Shown one piece after another: positions 32,649 through 35,899 of a stretch of DNA of 35,899 nucleotides. A program made the translations under genes and the position numbers. Source of the stretch: Bdellovibrionota bacterium (lineage in GTDB: Bacteria > Bdellovibrionota_C > UBA2361 > OMIW01); NCBI GenBank assembly GCA_044345055.1, contig JBIJBT010000023.1:1-35899 (forward strand), written 5' to 3'. The notes under the pieces were generated by a model that saw nothing but the letters and a program-made list of their open reading frames with translations, did not search any database and was not told the DNA's origin. Position 1 is the first letter of the stretch, and every line of letters starts with the position of its first letter.

Positions 32649-35600
32649 CTAGAAACGAAGGAGTATTCGCGGATCTAATTGATATGGATGGGCGGTGTGG
32701 TTCGCTTTAAAGGCAGGTGCGGGCAAAATAGGTTTATCGACCTTAAGATCTAGAATTGCGCCAGTAATCTCATCAACAAGAGTTTGAAGTTCCGAAGTGG
32801 GATCTCTCATCGTGGCATTTCGCAGTCCCTCGATGATAGGAGAGAGTAATGGCTCAACGTTTGGCATATATGAGACCATGCTCGCGCATATGAGCATGCT
32901 GAATAGACGAACCTCTGGAAGGCGTCCGTCTATTAATCCGGCAATCACAACTCCATTTGAGGTCGAGCACCACTTTGATGCGGCGCTGATATCATCATCG
33001 CTCCAAATACCTTGGTCCCGATATATAAAAACGGGTCCATAGTTGGCATCGATAATTGATAAGCCAGATATGAGATCCTCTGCTCTGTCATTGCAGATCA
33101 CGACTTGAAATCGGGGTTTTCCCTCAATGTTAAGATGCCACCAACATCTATCAAGGTCGTTTTCAACTTCGTGACCAAGAGAGACCGTTTTACCAAGAAC
33201 CTTCAACATTCGGACCGTTGGGGCCAATTCCTCAACGCAGGAGTCGAGAGCGGTATAAGATGAATCTGTGATGATTGTGATTCTTCCGGGATACTCTACG
33301 GATTGGGAAAGAAAGGAAAGGAAGTCATTGTCCGAAAGTAAATGAGGGGTGGCGACGATTGGTAAGTAGATATTTGCGTGAGGTAGGTCGAGAAGATGTT
33401 TCGAAAACATTTCCCAATCATCCCGATGAGATGAATCATAGCGTGATATCCACAGATCCTCTTGCCCAGTGGCAACTGAGGAAGGAACGAGCAGTCTCGG
33501 TAAGTCCGCTCGATTAACAAACTGCCCAAGTGAGCGCCTTATGGAACGGCATAAGCTCCGAACGAAGGTAAACTGTATCGGGTCGCACCATGGGGGACAC
33601 GCAAAAACGGCAACAGTCTGGGGATGCATACTTTTCTCATTCGACGATACTGAGCTAGTGTCTTCCCCGCGAAGCACCTCGATATCAGAACGAAGTGACC
33701 GGCCCCATCGTTCAAAGAATTTTCTTTCATTTTCGACGCCCCACCGATTTCTCCCGGGGCTTCGTGATACATGATGGATTATGCTGCTCCTCGAGGAATA
33801 CATAATCTTATGGCCTAGTCCGCCAACCTTGAGGCACAAATCAACATCTTCGTACCCATTCCGATAACCCTCGTCAAAACCTCCTATGTTACGAAACACA
33901 TTCGATCGTATGAGAAGACACGAACCGGTTACACATTGAACGATTCTATCCTTTAAAATCCGCGGATCGCTTGAATCAATTCCCTCAAGGTAGTGAATGG
34001 GATACGGGTGTTCGTTAAAACACATTCCCGCATGATGAACTCTCTCGCAACCTGGATAAAACTGAAGGTTTCCAACAACTGCAACGTCCTCGTTTTCTTT
34101 GAGGATAGTTACCATCTCATCAAGCCAGCCGGGAAAAACCTCGACATCATTGTTGAGAAAGAGGAGATACTCTGCCTTAGCGGCCGCCGCTCCCTGATTG
34201 CAGGCACCGGAGAAATTTCTATTTGTATCGTTCAAGATAGAGCGTATCGATCGAGAATATCTGTTGAGGATATCTCTAGTCCCATCCGATGAGCGATTGT
34301 CGACAGCGATAATTTCATAAGAAGTCTTCTCAGTGGGAGAAACAAGCTCTTCAAGTAGGTGTTTAGTAAAATGGCAGGCATTGTAGAGAGGAAGTATTAT
34401 CGAAACGCTGGGAGGAGTTAGTGCCTCGACTACAAGTCCTCCGTGTTTACTAGATCCTTTACTTTCGTGATCGGAACGCTCTTGTTCGGAGCAGAACGCT
34501 AAATCCCGCTCAATTAGGTGAGTTAGCTGTTTCATCAGCTCGTCATGATGATCAAATGAAGATTTAATCTCTGAGAAGTGTGATTTTAGAACAGTGAGGT
34601 CTCCTGTTCCAAGGCGTCGGACAAATCCATGAGGTTCTGGCTCGATTTCTTTTATAAGGCGATAAAGATGGTTATGGCTCTCGACAACGAATCGGTTAAT
34701 AAGGTGTGGGCGGGATAGAATTCTTGGAGCGTTTCTTGCGAGAACAATAAGCTCTGCCCAATCGAAAGGTGCACGCCAACTGCTGGTCATCGTGGAACCA
34801 TCGAATCTCCATGAAAACTCTGATGTCGCCGTATCTATTTTTTTAAAATCATAAACATGACTCATTCGCGCCCAAAAGTCCCAATCCTCTCCCCGAATGA
34901 GGTTCTCATCGAATCTGAATCCCTGGTCAATTAGGGAACGACTGAATAGGACGGTCTGAATAGGCGTGATATTACGAAAAAGAAGCTCGTCTGCAGAGAA
35001 TTGTTCAGTATAGGGATTGTCTCGCCGAATAACTTGACCGTGTGGTTCCCATCTTCGGAGAGCGTTTGCGTACGCAACGGACGCATTACTTTTGTCTAAT
35101 GTTGATAGAAGTGTGCTTAGGTGATTCGGAAACAGCAGATCATCGTCATCAAGAAAACCAATAAAACGTCCACCGGAATTGTCTAGTCCAATATTTCGTG
35201 CAGCTCCAGGACCGCGCATCATACCTGTGGAAAAGATCCGAATTCGACCGTCGATTCGTTCGATTGCAGGATCTAGCGGCTTATCACCATCATTTACCAC
35301 AATAACTTCAACGTCATCCATCTCCTGCCTAAGAACCGAATTAATGGCTCGTGTTACAAGTAAAGGACGATTGTGGGTCGATATAATAATTGAAACTAGT
35401 GGATTATCTCCGACAGTTCGTCGGTCATATGTGAGGTTCGTTTGAGATTTAATTTGGATTGATTTATCGGCACCCTGATGAAAGGAGGGAAAATCAACTG
35501 TATCACCGAGAGATGCCGAATTATCAGAGGGATTTTTCGCTAAAGTTGCCGTTTCGGAATGAGATTTTCTATCTCGACGGTCAATGAAAACGGTATTGAG

Positions 35601-35681
35601 TCCGAGCGAATGTACTGCCTCAAGAATTGAAAAGTAGCTCTCGGTTGAGTTTTGATTACTCGGACTAGCCTCAAGACTCAT
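32649..35681 (-). CDS. Multidomain glycosyltransferase with two GT2 domains and an unrecognised C-terminal region
   Basis: GT2 #1: VSIIISTHNR, VVNDG, ARNIG, FLDDDD, EDWDFW. GT2 #2: VSIILPLYN, VDNRSSDGT, NFSGACNQGA, FLNNDV, VTGSCLLI, GGFDE.Y.NGYEDVDLCLK. Start uncertain (35681, 35702 or 35849). Confidence 0.88.
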   Translation of the reverse strand: MSLEASPSNQNSTESYFSILEAVHSLGLNTVFIDRRDRKSHSETATLAKNPSDNSASLGDTVDFPSFHQGADKSIQIKSQTNLTYDRRTVGDNPLVSIIISTHNRPLLVTRAINSVLRQEMDDVEVIVVNDGDKPLDPAIERIDGRIRIFSTGMMRGPGAARNIGLDNSGGRFIGFLDDDDLLFPNHLSTLLSTLDKSNASVAYANALRRWEPHGQVIRRDNPYTEQFSADELLFRNITPIQTVLFSRSLIDQGFRFDENLIRGEDWDFWARMSHVYDFKKIDTATSEFSWRFDGSTMTSSWRAPFDWAELIVLARNAPRILSRPHLINRFVVESHNHLYRLIKEIEPEPHGFVRRLGTGDLTVLKSHFSEIKSSFDHHDELMKQLTHLIERDLAFCSEQERSDHESKGSSKHGGLVVEALTPPSVSIILPLYNACHFTKHLLEELVSPTEKTSYEIIAVDNRSSDGTRDILNRYSRSIRSILNDTNRNFSGACNQGAAAAKAEYLLFLNNDVEVFPGWLDEMVTILKENEDVAVVGNLQFYPGCERVHHAGMCFNEHPYPIHYLEGIDSSDPRILKDRIVQCVTGSCLLIRSNVFRNIGGFDEGYRNGYEDVDLCLKVGGLGHKIMYSSRSSIIHHVSRSPGRNRWGVENERKFFERWGRSLRSDIEVLRGEDTSSVSSNEKSMHPQTVAVFACPPWCDPIQFTFVRSLCRSIRRSLGQFVNRADLPRLLVPSSVATGQEDLWISRYDSSHRDDWEMFSKHLLDLPHANIYLPIVATPHLLSDNDFLSFLSQSVEYPGRITIITDSSYTALDSCVEELAPTVRMLKVLGKTVSLGHEVENDLDRCWWHLNIEGKPRFQVVICNDRAEDLISGLSIIDANYGPVFIYRDQGIWSDDDISAASKWCSTSNGVVIAGLIDGRLPEVRLFSMLICASMVSYMPNVEPLLSPIIEGLRNATMRDPTSELQTLVDEITGAILDLKVDKPILPAPAFKANHTAHPYQLDPRILLRF

Positions 35682-35899
35682 CCACGCCTTTCTAGACAAC
35701 ATTAATGACGTATATTTTCCGTTGCGCACACTACTTTGCTGCTCGCATTCGCAGTATCGGGAGGTCGATGGGCCACACGAATATTCAAGCGGACCATCAA
35801 TGTATGCAATACAGTCGATCATCGGATCGGAGCGAAGTATCGAGTACATCTGACGGATCAGTGTAGGTGAAAAATCGACGCTTTTTGGAACAAATGCAA

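Overview
A 35.9 kb bacterial chromosomal window, mostly housekeeping and envelope genes. The gene content suggests a deltaproteobacteria-like or Bdellovibrionota-like organism, but that is inference only. From left to right it contains: a minus-strand DUF2760-Hsp70-Hsp70 operon (the second Hsp70, 1753 to <1, runs off the window and is missing from the ORF track); a divergent HD-domain protein; a DUF2817/M14 peptidase; cca; a bPH_2 membrane protein; mnmM(ytqB)-FGGY kinase-PHP-like genes; an orphan TrbC/VirB2-like pilin; trmO; an AI-2E transporter with a large insertion; a coiled-coil SAM methyltransferase; grxC; mlaD; an FKBP; a pyruvyl transferase-GlpD-like-FrhB-like operon; an orphan ECF sigma factor; a his operon (hisG-B-H-F-[A-I-E fusion]-D); bcp; and a double-GT2 glycosyltransferase. 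The most unusual signal is a 13-bp palindrome, GGTGCC(A/T)GGCACC. It forms two variably spaced arrays inside two unrelated protein-coding genes (Hsp70, 4+1 copies; FGGY kinase, 7 copies). Both reading frames stay open, and each array has one out-of-phase copy flanked by compensating spacers. Also notable are a ~170-bp multi-hairpin MITE-like element with a target-site duplication, a HisA-HisI-HisE fusion separated from in-frame hisD by a single TAA, and a densely structured ~640-bp intergenic region. I found no rRNA, tRNA, CRISPR array or transposase.
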